Notes under the pieces: generated by a model
The model's database searches: none
Seen by the model: the letters and a program-made list of their open reading frames with translations, nothing else
Told to the model about the DNA's origin: nothing
Assembly: GCA_002633005.1 (NCBI GenBank)
Contig: NMRA01000058.1
Coordinates: 958,409 to 1,022,408 of the forward strand
Reading direction: 5' to 3'
Origin: Phoronis australis
Taxonomy: Eukaryota; Animalia; Phoronida
Length of the DNA: 64,000 bases
Part shown: one piece after another, positions 26,787 through 39,913 of the stretch
Layout of the letters: every line of letters starts with the position of its first letter
How positions within the stretch are numbered: the stretch's first letter is position 1
Position numbers and translations under genes: made by a program

Positions 26787-28161
26787 GAAACAGGTGAAAT
26801 CGGAAGCTATATTTATGCTCTGTGACGTATCTGTAATTAATGAAAGACTTTCTACAAAACCGTGGTGCATTGCTATCAAACTTTGCTGCTAAATTACCAT
26901 CATTTTACAGAAAATTGTGCTGAAATCCCAGGGCGAAAACTCGCCGACTGACTGCCTCGCAATCGTCAATATGGCGACTTGAATGCTTGAATAAAAATAC
27001 AGTTTCGACTCAGGCACATTACCTGAAATCCTCCTTAAGTTTTCCAAGTAGCGTCCCTAAGATTTTTAAGTTCCCGTGGAGTCGGGATCACGACAGGTTT
27101 AAGTACAAAGTCTGTGCTACATCGTGCCATCTACATGTATGATCGGCAACATGAGAAATATGTCTGGACGAACACACATGTTGTTGTCACTTGACATTTG
27201 TTTTGAAGTTCGCCGTGAGTAAGCGAGCGCGTGTGTGTCACCAGAGTTCATTTGCCAAAGCAGAGACCGTCTTTTGGCCAGAGGCACGCAATCTAACGAG
27301 CTAGATGTGCATTGTATAGAAATTTGCACTAGCAGTAGGCCTAAACCAGAGCGTGTTTCATTCAGCACTTGCCGGTCTCGTGCTAAAAACGTTCGACATT
27401 TGTCTTGGTAAGGCCGTGTGGCTGGATGCGTACGTAACTATCTAACAGTTATTTTTCGGTGTATGGGTGTGTATTAGCATTCATTGTCAGTGGTCATTTT
27501 ATCGGATATTTTTCTTGAAAACACCAATTATGGTTAATCAAACAATGATCTTTAAAATAACACAAACATTTTTATAGTATTAGAAACTGTTGGAAATTAG
27601 TTCCAATATTCATTTCTTGCCGATGCTATGCTACCCGTTTCATTAATGGATAGGTCCCGACTAATGTCTTTGACTACAGCTTAATGTATGTAGCGCGCGC
27701 TTCCTAGCCACGTGCTTTTCACTGTGGCCAAACTTTTTATTAGTCTTCGATTCGCGGTTTTCACATGTACAGAGAAATTTGGATTCCTTTTGAAAGCAGG
27801 AAATATCTACAAGGCAATCCCGTAGACAAGTACACTACGTCTATTCCGAAAGACCCCTGGTCCTCGCAAGATCAGCAAAACTTTTGTGTTTGCTTTGAGG
27901 CATGGCGGAAGTTTGAAGTGTATAGTCACGGCTAAATACCGACATAGCGGCTCATGGTCTACAAATTGTGCGCACAAGGATTTTTTTCAGGGCTGTGGGA
28001 TATTATTGATAAACTTATGACGTTACTGAAGAATTTTAGGACTGTAGATAAAGCATTTTTCGTACGTACGCTTTCATGGACTGGGCGCTTATTTTAGCAA
28101 AGTCTGAAAACGTGTGGGTGGGCGCTTATAGGGGCATGGGTGTTTATTACGGCGAATTCGG
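26787..28161 (-). mobile_element. pogo/Tigger-like MITE, inverted copy of 60758-62059 lacking one TIR
   Basis: Ends TTATTACGGCGAATTCGG|TA. Internal sequence is the reverse complement of ~60760-61980 (shared spurious peptide IQCTSSSLDCV.LAKRRSLL). Confidence 0.85.
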
Positions 28162-28249
28162 TATATGAGGGTAATATTCTGTCATCCATGTTCGACCGAT
28201 TGTCCCTGTGTTCTTCCATTCATGCATCAGGTGTCTGCTGCTGTAACTA

Positions 28250-30755
28250 CCGTAAATGTTCGGGATAACGCTCTGGGCGGTTAAATTGGCAAACCCAAAA
28301 AATCGGTTTTGGGCGGTTAACTAGACATGGGCGCTTAAATTTGAAATTTCAAGAAATCCAGTGTGGGCAGTTAACTGAACAAGGGCGCTTATTACGACAG
28401 ACAATCGCCCTGGGCGGTTAATCTTACCTCATAATCAGAGTACCGTAGAACGTTTCAAAGAGCTTTATCGTCTATTTGCCAAATGTCGCTAAAAGTGTCA
28501 TAACAGCGGACGATCCCAAGAAATGTTCTGTTGCCCACAGATTAGTCAATCACAATTAAATTTACAAAATTGGTGAGTAATAGCCCTGTGCCGTCCTGCG
28601 ATCTTATTAGAGCTGTAGTGCGCAGACGACCAGTAACAATAACTTGGATTGCAACTATTCTCACGCGATGGCACTTTAGAAGTGCACTCTTGCGCTTCAC
28701 GTGTTGCAGAGGTCACAGCAGACATCAGACATCAAATTTATGGTGCCAGCTGTCAAGTTCCGAGTCAAAGATCAGTTTTAAAATTAATGATGTAATAAAA
28801 CTTTGAAAAACAAATTCAGGTGTTTTTTGTGTTTGGGATGTTTATGTTGGAGATTAGATTAGATTAGATTAGATTAGATTAGATTAGAGTCTTTCAACGT
28901 ATGGTTCTGCAGCTAGCTGTTTTATCTCAACCGCCCGGCGTTGCTCAGTTCCAAGTGCGTGAAAAATGCCACGCAAAAAGATGAGAGTCGGGAGGGGGGG
29001 GGGTAAGCGGACATGAGCCAGTCGTCAATCAAAAGTTACCGCAAAGGCATTACTCAAAAACAAGCATTTGTTTAAGGTTTTGTTTTAAAATTAGTAACAC
29101 TATGACTGAGGATGAGTCTAGTGAGCACGGCCTGCAGGTCTTATTGGAGACCTGAAATTTGGAAATGCGAGCCGAGATTATAGACTTCTTGTACCTGCCA
29201 CCGAGAAATTCCAACCTACGCGAGTTGTTTCTTTTTGGGGTGGGTAAAATAGATGGGCCTACCTGGCAAACATAAAGCAACTCGAAAAACACATTTTTAC
29301 ACGCAATATGTGCAGATTATCCTATTATAATATCACCTATGGCAATATCGCACTGCGGCACTGGTCGGTCCCTCTGTTTGCGTGCAATATGCTGTCATTG
29401 AACTTGGAAATGGCGTCAAATAATTAACAGCCTCTTTCAATATGGGTCTTGTTTTATGAGACAAAAGACAGCGGCTGGATTAAGCACGCGCGTACGTATG
29501 AGTCACCTGTTAATCACATATGTTGTTGTCAAGGTAACATACACTCCAGAGTGTGAGAACTTACATGGGTGCACCACTTCAGAGAGCGCACATCAAAAGA
29601 GAACAGCGACAGCCCTACGTAAAGGAGTGCATCGGTGCGACTCTGTACTTTTAAGATGTTGTTACAAAAAACCCAGTGTTTTACGATATTCCCCCGTTCC
29701 AATGACCCAAAACTAAGATGTCAAGTCTGTTCCAATATATCCTGGCTCGATGATCCCTGAACCCGATATTCCATGCCCGTAGCTAGCTGCATGCACACCA
29801 TTTCCACTGCTGCCAATTTTCAATCAGTTGCATCGTAGATGTCTCAAGACTCGAATGGTAAGAATTTTGTTCAGGCTGAAACTGTCCAATGTAGAAACAA
29901 AAATATTCGGGAAGCTAAAAGGCTAGGTGGATACGATAATTCACAGTTATGTCTGTCGACAGAAATCATACTATGAAGGGCTGCCAGCGACTTTGGCAGA
30001 ATCTGTTATTACGCCAACTTGTCTGAGATGCAATAAGCGAAAAACAAAATTTGACTTGCAGTTTTTTATTTCTTCAAGATGATACACAAAAATCCAGTAA
30101 CGTATTGCCAACCTTTGAATTTAGAAATCGACAGATAGAGCAAATCGGCCAGCGAGGTACACTGTCCGTTCGGTCACTACACATCCTCGATAACCTGGCA
30201 ATTACTCTCATCGAAATAGGGAGAATTTGACATCTTTCCGTGAGTTATGGAAATACTTCAAAATACGAGATCTTCCTACCAAAAGTGAATTGGAAGGGTT
30301 GGCAAAACCACTGTCACATTTCTCCAGCCCCGATTTTTTTCAAATATATGTTTTATCTAGTGCACTGCAGACAGAAACTCGCTAAAAGCGGAGGCATTGA
30401 AGCTGTCGGGGGTTCTTACACTTTGCGAACATGGGAAGAAAATAAAGTGACAAAACGTTCAAGTATTATATTTTGAAGTAAATCCATGACCCGAGACAAG
30501 AATTCATTACTTGTATTATAATTCAATTGCCAATGCGCCGGCTCGGAGGCCGTCGTTGCACTCTAATCATGATCTTCAATCTAAAAGTCGGGGAATTGCG
30601 CGTTTGCGCGTTTGTGGGGACTTTATTGAGAGGTGGGCGCTTATCTCCAAAATCGCAGATGGGCTGTTAACCGAGCAGTGGGCAGTTAAATCGAAAATCC
30701 ACCTTAAGTAGGGGGTGGGCGGTTAATTGAGCATGGGTGTTAACCCCGTTTACGG
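28250..30755. mobile_element. pogo/Tigger-like non-autonomous element (~2.5 kb)
   Basis: TA|CCGTAAA ... TTTACGG|TA. Clusters of GGGCGGTTAA/GGGCGCTTA subterminal repeats at both ends. Confidence 0.7.
28852..28888. repeat. (TAGAT)n pentanucleotide microsatellite
   Basis: About seven attag units read directly. Confidence 0.95.
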
Positions 30756-30879
30756 TAAGCAAACCTTAACAATTGGGGTTTATTGTGTGGCAGTGAGCCA
30801 GTGAGAAGATAATTGTTTGATTACCCCCTGTGGATTCATGAACAAATGAGCTCAGAAATGAATTCTTTTATTTTGACGT

Positions 30880-31150
30880 GACAACAGATGACAATGACTT
30901 TTGGATGGATTCGAATGTTGTTGTTGTGCCCCTTGGCAATTTCAGTTGTTTTACATTGCTCCTTTATATTTTCGGAGTTCCTTGACGGATTTTCATGAAA
31001 TTTAGCCTATAGGTTTCGATTAAAGGCAATGATGGGACCTCATTTTCAAATGGATTCAACTTACTTTACGCCATTGGTGGTCATTTTTTATTTTATGGTA
31101 TGGTGTTTGGCATACATCTCTTGGTCAAACCACACTATGAAATTTATCAA
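30880..31150 (+). repeat. Degenerate family B monomers
   Basis: GTGCCCCTTGGCAATTTC, GGATTTTCATGAAATTTAG and ACGCCATTGGTGGTCATTTT boxes, as in 17242-18915. Confidence 0.6.
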
Positions 31151-31889
31151 TTTTTTTCTTGCTGGGAGTTTCAGATGGCTCCAAATGATCAGGGTTCCAT
31201 TTCATGAAAAGAGACTTAAAATTTAAGACAGAAATATAGTCTTACGCTCCACACAACTATTTCTGAAAAACATTTCAATCTCACTTGAGCAAAAATGAAA
31301 AGTCTGAGAATATACACATAACTGCTAAATATAAAGATAATTTTGATGAATTATTCCTAGACTGAGATTTTTTTACAACTGCCTGGTCAAATTTTTGTTC
31401 AGCAATTGTGAAGAGGGAGTGCAAGACCAAATCCAAAGACGCTAACAAGACTATTCACCAAGGCCGCAGATATTATTGTGTCATGGACCGTGGCGACACC
31501 TAGCAGGTGTGTTAGGGCCGACGAGGTACGCAAGGCATTGACTATGGCCGATCTTTAAGTTTGTCAAATTCAAAATTGTCTGTGAAGTGTCTTTGTTTAA
31601 AATATTGAAAACAAACAAACACGAGCACTGTAGTGGAAAAGTATACTTAGGCAAAATTAATAGAGTAAATTAAGAAAAAATGTGGGCAGCAAAGGTACCG
31701 GGGGGGGGGGGGGAANGTAAATTACGAGGAATACATTATAAGCAGGAGGGAGACTCAGTGATAAGAGCTGAGCAGATGAAAGTAGAAAGTAGGTTATTGG
31801 AGAATGGGCAGGTACCAACTTGTATGATTTTGTCCAAAGGGGTCAGGAATGTAATAAACAACAAATGGATCTGCTGAAGAAGGGATATG

Positions 31890-32030
31890 AGCAAAAGCGA
31901 TTGGAGCTCTGTAGGTGAATATTTACATGTGAACCTCTGTTAGAATTTAGATGTTCCTTGGTCCTGGTTTTCAAATGGGGTACAGTTTCGCCTATATAAC
32001 TGGAGCCACATCCAGCACAGTGCTCTTTCG
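31890..32030 (-). pseudogene. Penelope-like GIY-YIG endonuclease fragment (Poseidon-like)
   Basis: CAGCGSSYIGETVPHLKTRTKEHL..SHVNIHL matches C..C...YIGET...L..R..EH. Confidence 0.8.
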
Positions 32031-33239
32031 ATGACTTTGCAATAATAGACCAGGTAGTAATAACAAAGGAGCTTAAAATTCCTGAGGCTTTACACATCAG
32101 TTGGTGCAAGCCCAATCTCAATAGGCAACTGGCACACCACAGGTTGTCATTGTTGGTGGAGTTCATTGTCACTCCCTGTAACTGACTGTATCTGCTTCAT
32201 TAGTTGTTGCTGGGCCTAACTAGGTGGCCATGGCATTCTCTCTTCTGATGATGGTATTTGAATAAATGACACCGAAACATGCCAAGTCGACTTAAAACCA
32301 TTGTTCTTTTCTTTAATATACCATTTACATTATAACAAATACAACATGCAGGAAAAATATGTGGCATCAGCAATATTGTCTATGCAGTGTCACTCACTCT
32401 TTCCCATTAATGCAGCTAAGTAATCACCCTTTGGAGTAATGTTGCTTTGGAATAACGCCTGATTTATATTTTTTTCAAGTAATCCGTCAAAGTACAATGA
32501 AGGCCCATCACAGTAAAAACCTAAACCCCTACTAGTCTACTGGACTAAGTTAACATCACCGCATTTCTCCTCAGCAGGTCCTCACATTTGCTGTTTATCA
32601 CCTATCTCTTGGATCTAAATGTATAAACACTGAAGTGAATTGAAGAAATGAAAGAAATTACAGTTTGGATCCAATCATAGAATAGAAACACCAGTTAGTA
32701 GGCCCTAAGTCATGAAACACATGCAGGACAATTTCGGTTATAGTTTGATAGGTGGGTCCCTGACTCAAAATTCATTTGAGAACCAGTTACTACCACTGAA
32801 TAATGGGTGTAATTCATTGGGAGTAACTGGCTCTAAAATCAAGTACCCGTCATCCCGGCCATGTATCTGATTACCACAATTTTGCTTTGAGTAATCAAAT
32901 AAAACATTGAAACTTAAAAATAAGACAAGTTCAAATCACTCTGCCAACATCAATGGTTGACTGGCAGCATTTTCACTAAAAGAATTCTTTGTATCACTCG
33001 TATATCTCACCTGTCTTTATCATTGGGGGAAGTGCAAGTCCCGATTTTTCAATTGACTGTTGCTGCAGCGCAAAAAGCTCCTCTTTTTAGGAACTGCAGC
33101 TGCCATATCTTGTTTTGAAATTACTTGACACAGCAATACCCTCAGAAGTATTAACTGTGGGAAATCTATATGAACTACATGATCACTGAGATAAAATATC
33201 TTTTTCTCTGTGTCCACTGACCACGAGTATCAGCCATAT

Positions 33240-35380
33240 TCCTTTTGTTTCTTTTTTGTTGGTCCGCAGGATACTGGTCGCAATTTTTGTCCGATTCCCA
33301 TGAAATTTACACACAACATGTAGTTACCGAAGTACTGGAACCCTATTGTTTTTGGTCATAATCGAACCCAAAATGGCGGATGTGATGGCCATTTTGTTTT
33401 CAATTTCAGATACAGATTCTCCTGGTCCTGCTATAAGTTTTTACGTACACAGCTGAAAATTAGTACAATTATTGCTCATGACTTGTACTACGGCTGAGCT
33501 GCAAATCATTTACTTCCCATTAAAAATGGCGGAAATATCGGCAATTGCGCATGCGCACCTCGATTTCGGTCTAAAAATGTCTTCTCCTATAGAGGGTACA
33601 TTATTGTACCAATTGCTTCGAAAGTTTTCAAGTGATATTTTTTCAACAAGCTATAATTATACCGTGCTGAGAAATCGGAAGTTCCTTTCAAGATGGCGAA
33701 TCTAGCGCATTTTGACCCATTTTCAGTCATGCTAGGGTGCCATTTTAAATGGGAAGAGAAAATGACATGAATTTGTGCATGTGGATTTTCTGTGGTATAG
33801 TCATTCATATGAACTGCAACAATTTTTTTCTCAGACTTGCCGTTTCCGAGTTATTTGACTTTGAATCAAAAAAAACGCAAAATTTTAATTTTTTTCAAAA
33901 ATTTCACAGAAATTAGCGAAACTTACGTGTTAGATAGAGTTTTAAGTGGGCTTCATAAGATATATTTTTGTATTTCACTGGGACTTCTAGTTTTTGACTT
34001 ATTCCAGATTTTCTGAAAGCGCTGTTTCTGAAATGACTAATAATAACACCAATTTTGGTGCACTGTTGGTGGTTTATCTCCTATTGAACAAGACTGTGGC
34101 CTACTTCTTTTTGATTTCTGATATCTACGTTCATCATATGAATGTTATGTTGTTCGTCATTGCCATCATCATCATCATCATCTTTGTCATCTTTGTCATC
34201 ATCTCCATCGTCGTCGTTTCAGTTAATTTTGCCAAGTGTCGCTCAAGACTGTAGCCCGCCCTAATTTCTTACTGATTTCTTACATCTTCACTAGTCATAT
34301 GAATGTCATCGTGTTGTTCATAATTGCAACCTTCATCATCATAACCGTCATTGTCGTTGTCATCTCCATCGTCCTCTTTTCGGTTAATTTCGCCTAGTGT
34401 CGCTATTACAAGCGCTTTCATTTTTTGCTTTTTTGCTCTCTACAGGTCACATTTTCCGTCTGATTTCTGTGAAATTATACACACAACCTCTAGTTCCGGA
34501 AATCCTGGAAGCCTATTGTTTTTGGTCACGACCAGATCCAAGATGGCGGACATGACGGCCATTTTGTTTTCAATTTCAGATTCAAATGCTCGCAAAAGCC
34601 GTAATTTTTTAGGTACATGGGTGAAAATCAGCACGTATGTTATGTACCGTACATGTTCTACATTTGTGCTGATAATCATTTACTTCCGGTTAAAGATGGC
34701 AGAAATATAGGCAATTGTGCATGTGCACCTCGTTTTCTGGCAAAAAACGTTTTCTCCTGTAGAGGGCGTATTAGATGACCAATTGCTTCGAAAAATTTCA
34801 GGTATTAGTTTTCTGTGACACGCTAGTACCTATTGTTGAAAAACCGGACGCTACTTTCAAAATGGCGGTATGTTAAATGGGAAGAAAAAATGATGTAAAT
34901 TTTTGCATGCGGATTTTCTAAGGCATATCCTTTCAAATGGCCTGTAACAATTTTTTTCTCAGGCTTACCGTTTTCGAGTTTAATTTAAGTTTTTTCGAAA
35001 AGTTTACGGAGTTTTGCAAAACCATTGTTATATAGTTTTGAATGGCCTTTCAGAAGATATTTTCCATTTTTCGCTAGACGTCCACTTTTTGAATTATTCG
35101 AGATTTGATGATAGCGCTGTTCCTTTGTTGAGCGCTCTTGCTGCATTGATGTTGGTTTAGCTTCTATTGAACAAGACTATAGCCTATTTCTTACTGTTTC
35201 TGTCATCTTCACTAGTCATATGAATATTATCCTGTTGTTCATGATCGCCACATTCATCATCATAATTGTCATCATCGTCGTTATATCCATCGTCATCTTT
35301 CAGTTAATTTTGCCAAGTGTCTCTCTAGCGCTTTCATTAATTATGTTATCGAGAGCTTTCAACTTGTGTAATAACACCTG
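33240..35380 (+). mobile_element. Helentron-like family C: two ~1.17-kb tandem units with ATC-rich tracts
   Basis: Unit starts at ~33287 and ~34453 (GAAATT.ACACACAAC..CCTATTGTTTTTGGTCA..AA.ATGGCGG..GGCCATTTTGTTTTCAATTTCAGAT). The 3' end GAGAGCTTTCA plus hairpin (~35351) is also seen at ~6734. Boundaries approximate. Confidence 0.65.
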
Positions 35381-36464
35381 GCTGCACTTTTCCTACATGA
35401 TGCAAGAAAGTTTGTTAGGATATGATTTTCATTGTTGCTTGCAATTAGCAGTTTTGACGTCAGCGATGTCTCACAATGCATTACGAAGGTGATTTCACAC
35501 GCTAACTTTAAACAGTCTGCTGCTGAGGTCTACAGAAGCTGCACGCTAAAGACAGCACAGTTGGTTTAATGAATGTAAGGTATTCACAAGTCTTACGCAT
35601 TTAGCTAAGTGTCTAAAAAACTATAAAGTTCAACTCAATAAGTGTATGTATTTTATGAAAGTAGAAAGCCTGAAGAAATTGATTTTTAACTTTTTACCAA
35701 TCTGTTATTAATTGGGTCACATGCCCCTGTATTTTTGTAAAATTTTACAAAAATGAAAGTTACATGTCTGATAGAACAGCGACATCAATAATATGATCAA
35801 ATTTTATTTACAGTAATGTAAATGTTAGAGGTAAAATATCAAAAACACTGTCAGTTTTCTAAAATATCACTTTTTTCTTTTTATGCAGCTTTAAATAACC
35901 TTTATTCATGAAAATCACCAAAAGTACTTTTTTTGATAGCCCCTTATGGAAAAGGAAAATATTTTAAAAATAATTATAATAGTAACAGTGTGTTTGAGAA
36001 CAGTACATAAAGCTTGGTATCGTAAAAGGACACTAAACCCTGTTTTGATGATTTCAGCCAATCGCTCTATCACATACTAATACATCGTTGGGGTCATTTA
36101 CCTTCTAAGTTAAAGGCAGCATTATCAACTAAAACTCATACTCCTATGTCAAAGATTGGACATTATGGTCCTTGGTGGGTGATCTTTTCCCCACAGTTGT
36201 AGTGTAATTTGCTAAAAGAATAGGTTGTGCATGCTGTGGAGCAGACTTTGAATGAAGGGAGTTGTTTAATTTCCCTCCATTTTTTGAGGGTTGTTGGCGG
36301 TTACTGAGCATTATTTTATTTCAGAGAACTGGATGGGAACTTTGCTTTTACCGGTAGTATCTGTTAGCTCTTAACATCCCGTAAGACATTTTCGTAGTAG
36401 TAGGACTAAATACCATAAGGATTTTTAGGGAAATTTAGGATAAATAAACTCACAATGATATGTT

Positions 36465-36580
36465 CTTGTTTTGGATGGATTTTGATGTGTTTTGCAGCGG
36501 CTAGTGGCCATTTTTATAATACAAATAAACACCTCTAGAAGCACACGATTTTCGGTGCATTCGTGGGTGCATTTCAACAC
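36465..36580 (+). repeat. 3' terminal fragment of family B
   Basis: CTAGTGGCCATTTTTATAATACAAATAAAC..GCATTCGTGGGTGCATTTCAAC matches 18821-18896 and 52668-52744. Confidence 0.8.
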
Positions 36581-39500
36581 AATGAGATAATCTTGCCGTT
36601 CCTACATCACCAGTAATTAGAAATTATAGTCTGAAGTTATGTATAATAGTATGCTGATCCTCTGAATGAAGAATGTTCATGCTCCAATAGGTGAAGACAG
36701 TTGTTCTAATTGACAAGTACTTTTAGGCGTTTAATCTGCTTTAGATATTGTTCATTTCTGTGCCTTGTAATAATACGCTGAATCAATTACTGGCAGTGTT
36801 TAATTAAGATGTCTATCAAAGCTGCTACTAATTGAGAACAGTGTAATAACCCAACTTCTTGGGAATCAATTTTGTTGATATAATCTTGCCATGTAGACCT
36901 TTTAACAAAGGTATGATGTACCCAGGTAAATGTATTTTATACACCGACTGGTCATTTTAATACACTGAGTAGTGTTACTGTATACCATCCGGTGATTCTT
37001 TGGTGGTGGTTCCATGCCTACTGGTCATTTTACGGTAATACACTGAGTAGTGCTACTATTGTAGTAGAATAGTAGAATAACTTGACTTAGTAGCAGCGTT
37101 GTGTTGTGGACTGTCTCGGTCCGTCAGTGAGATGGTTGTATTCAGTAACTAAGTGTGGAACACTCAATTACACTAGTAAAAGCAACTGGCAGTAGCAAGA
37201 TGAGGACTGTCTTTATTAGACAAGTGAACGGATTTATATACAAGTTACAAATATGTGGGTTGCATGCACTAAACTTTATGATTCAATATTCTACAGCAAC
37301 AGGAAGCAACTCTAAGAACTTTTACAACAATCATCTGAACTATTCTGTTGTGTTTGCCATATATGGTAATGGTCAGCTGTCGTTACGCTATGATTCTGTG
37401 AATGACCATTACCAATCTTGTTTACTACAGCTAACAGCCAAAACAAGTTTCCATAAATGCAAACAATTGGCTAAGAAAGAAATAATTAATATCAATAGTA
37501 CTATCAGACTAACTTACTAAGTAACATATATACCATGAATGTCACGGATTTCATGACAACTATATACTGTCTGGTAATTCTATGGTGGTGATTCCATGCA
37601 TACTGGTCATTTTATTCAGTTTATACACTGACGGTCTTCTTATACAATAAAATCAAACTTGATGGCAGAGCAACACACTTGCCTAACTTTATTAAAAGTT
37701 GCTACATCTGCTAGAATTTGGGTCAACATCACCTTTAATGAGAACCATACCTGCCAAGTCTCACGCATCTCACGTGAGTCTCGCGCATTTGGCCTGACTC
37801 ACGCACTCACGCAAGCCTTAAAAGCTATCTCACGCAAAATGGATTTTTTGGTCGTAAATTTTCAAAAACCTAGTCTTCTACGCTTATATCGGTGTTGACG
37901 GACGATGAGTCGAGTGACATGCGGAGCACTCTGCCACCTAGTGCTACTGATTAGCCAATCACATTGACGCTTACATGTGGATCCCAGTAGCTAAGATGGC
38001 GGATTTAGATGACAATGATAGCAGTGCCAGTACGGGGATGAAACCCCGCCACGAAAGCGCATTTGCCAGCATTACAAAACAAAGTGGCAAGCTGCTTGGA
38101 CTAAGAAATTTTCTTGCATTGAGGAAATACCGGATTATCTAGCGAAATGCACCGTCTGTTGCCGAAACTTCAGTACAGGACACATGGGCGAACGAGATAT
38201 TGTGCGTCATTTGGATGGCAAGGACCACAAAAAGAAGACTAAGGAAACTGAGCAAACGGCTAGAATTGACGATCTCTTCAAACGTACAACTGCTGATAAC
38301 ACCCAACAGGTATTCACAGGTCTACATTGTGATTGTTGGCTAGATTTTGTATCTATAGCTAGACCTATTTTCATTTTCCACTCCACTTCTTGATGTATTG
38401 TAGGTAGTAGTAGGTCTATTGTTGTGGGCCCTATGTATGTAGAGCGAATATTTTTCAATATTTTTTGCTACGTAATAATCATAAAATAGTTTGGCCTATA
38501 GGCCCTATGTAGGGCCTGCCTATTTCTTTTTATGATTATTCATTTGTGTTGTTGGTTAATCACATAAAAGGGCAATATTTGGACACATAAGGCCTACTCT
38601 AACAAAACCATTCCACTACTGAATATATTTGCCAATTAATTAATCTTACTTTTTGCGTTTCATTACAGATTACAAATGCTGAGGTCCTGTCACAGGCTTC
38701 CTGATTGAACATAATATTCCCCTGGCTGTATCAGAACATGCTGGTCCAATCTTCAGACAGATCAGGGCTCGACATAACGAGCTGCAGGTCGCATTTGCGA
38801 CCTGAAATTTGGAAATACGAGCTGAGATTTCTGTCAGCTCGTATCAAGTCGCAAAATGCGACCTGGAATTTCCAACAAATGCGAGCTGAGTTTTTACTCT
38901 TCTCGGCAGATGCCTGGCGAATATAAAGCAATTCTTGCTAATCCGACCATTATTTGGTTGTTGCCAAATCCAAGTTCAAAAGAACACCAACTGAGAACAG
39001 GCCCTCCCGATGACTTGTAAGCAAGTCGCATGAACATGGGATATGCAGAATCGATCTTTGACGCGTTTCATTGGCTAACATTTTCAGCCACTTTTGCAAA
39101 TTTCCGGATTCGCCGAAGAAAGTTTCGGGCCACATAACACGTGATAAAATCTCACAAAACAGCGGTGTTTCTATTAATTCTCAAGCGATCAACTTACCAA
39201 ACTTTGTGGTGGACAAATATGTTTGTTTTTCACATAAGATGTCCTTATTACATGTACCAAATATCCACGACAATATCCCTGACATCGCACTGCGGCACTG
39301 GTCGGTCCCGTTGTTAGCGTGCAAGCGGTCCCGGCAGACAATCGTGACTTACAGATGCGCTCCTCGTTTTTATCCCATAAGACAGCCAAAGTGAAAATGA
39401 CAACCCTATTATTCCCCTAACGACGATCACATCTTTACTTTCAGTTGCCAAGAAATTCTCAAACCCCATTACTAATTGTTTCTGGGTTTACGTGCGCAAA

Positions 39501-39913
39501 ATATGATTTGTCTTTCACACGTTGTTGCCAACGTAAAGTGTAGGCCTATTCCAGCGATTCAAGTGCGTGAACTCACGCGTGCGCACCAGTTCAAAGCTGC
39601 ACATCAAAAGAGAACTGCGGCAGTCCTAAATGAAAGAGTATACCAGCTTGGCTTTGTTAAACACCCGGGTGCCAATGGTTTATTTGAAAATGATCTCATA
39701 GATTCCCGGCGGTTATAAAAGACCTGATGCTTTACGATATTCCTCGGGACGGATATAACCCAGAACTGATATTTTCCGGTTCCGATGTTTCTCGAGGTCG
39801 ATGTTCTCTAAACCCTATATTCTATGCCCGTAGCCAGCTACTGCAACTAAACGGGTACTAGATGCGAAGTTGTGGTTAGCGAACTTTTTATCCTTCTCTT
39901 CATACACCTCTCC

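Noticed and set aside
33994-35492. Hydrophobic poly-Ile 'membrane protein' ORFs
   Set aside because: They come from (ATC)n tracts inside repeat family C.
36945-37630. Three short direct repeats ACTGGTCATTTTA..ATACACTGA
   Set aside because: Irregular spacing and no termini; looks like a decayed local duplication.
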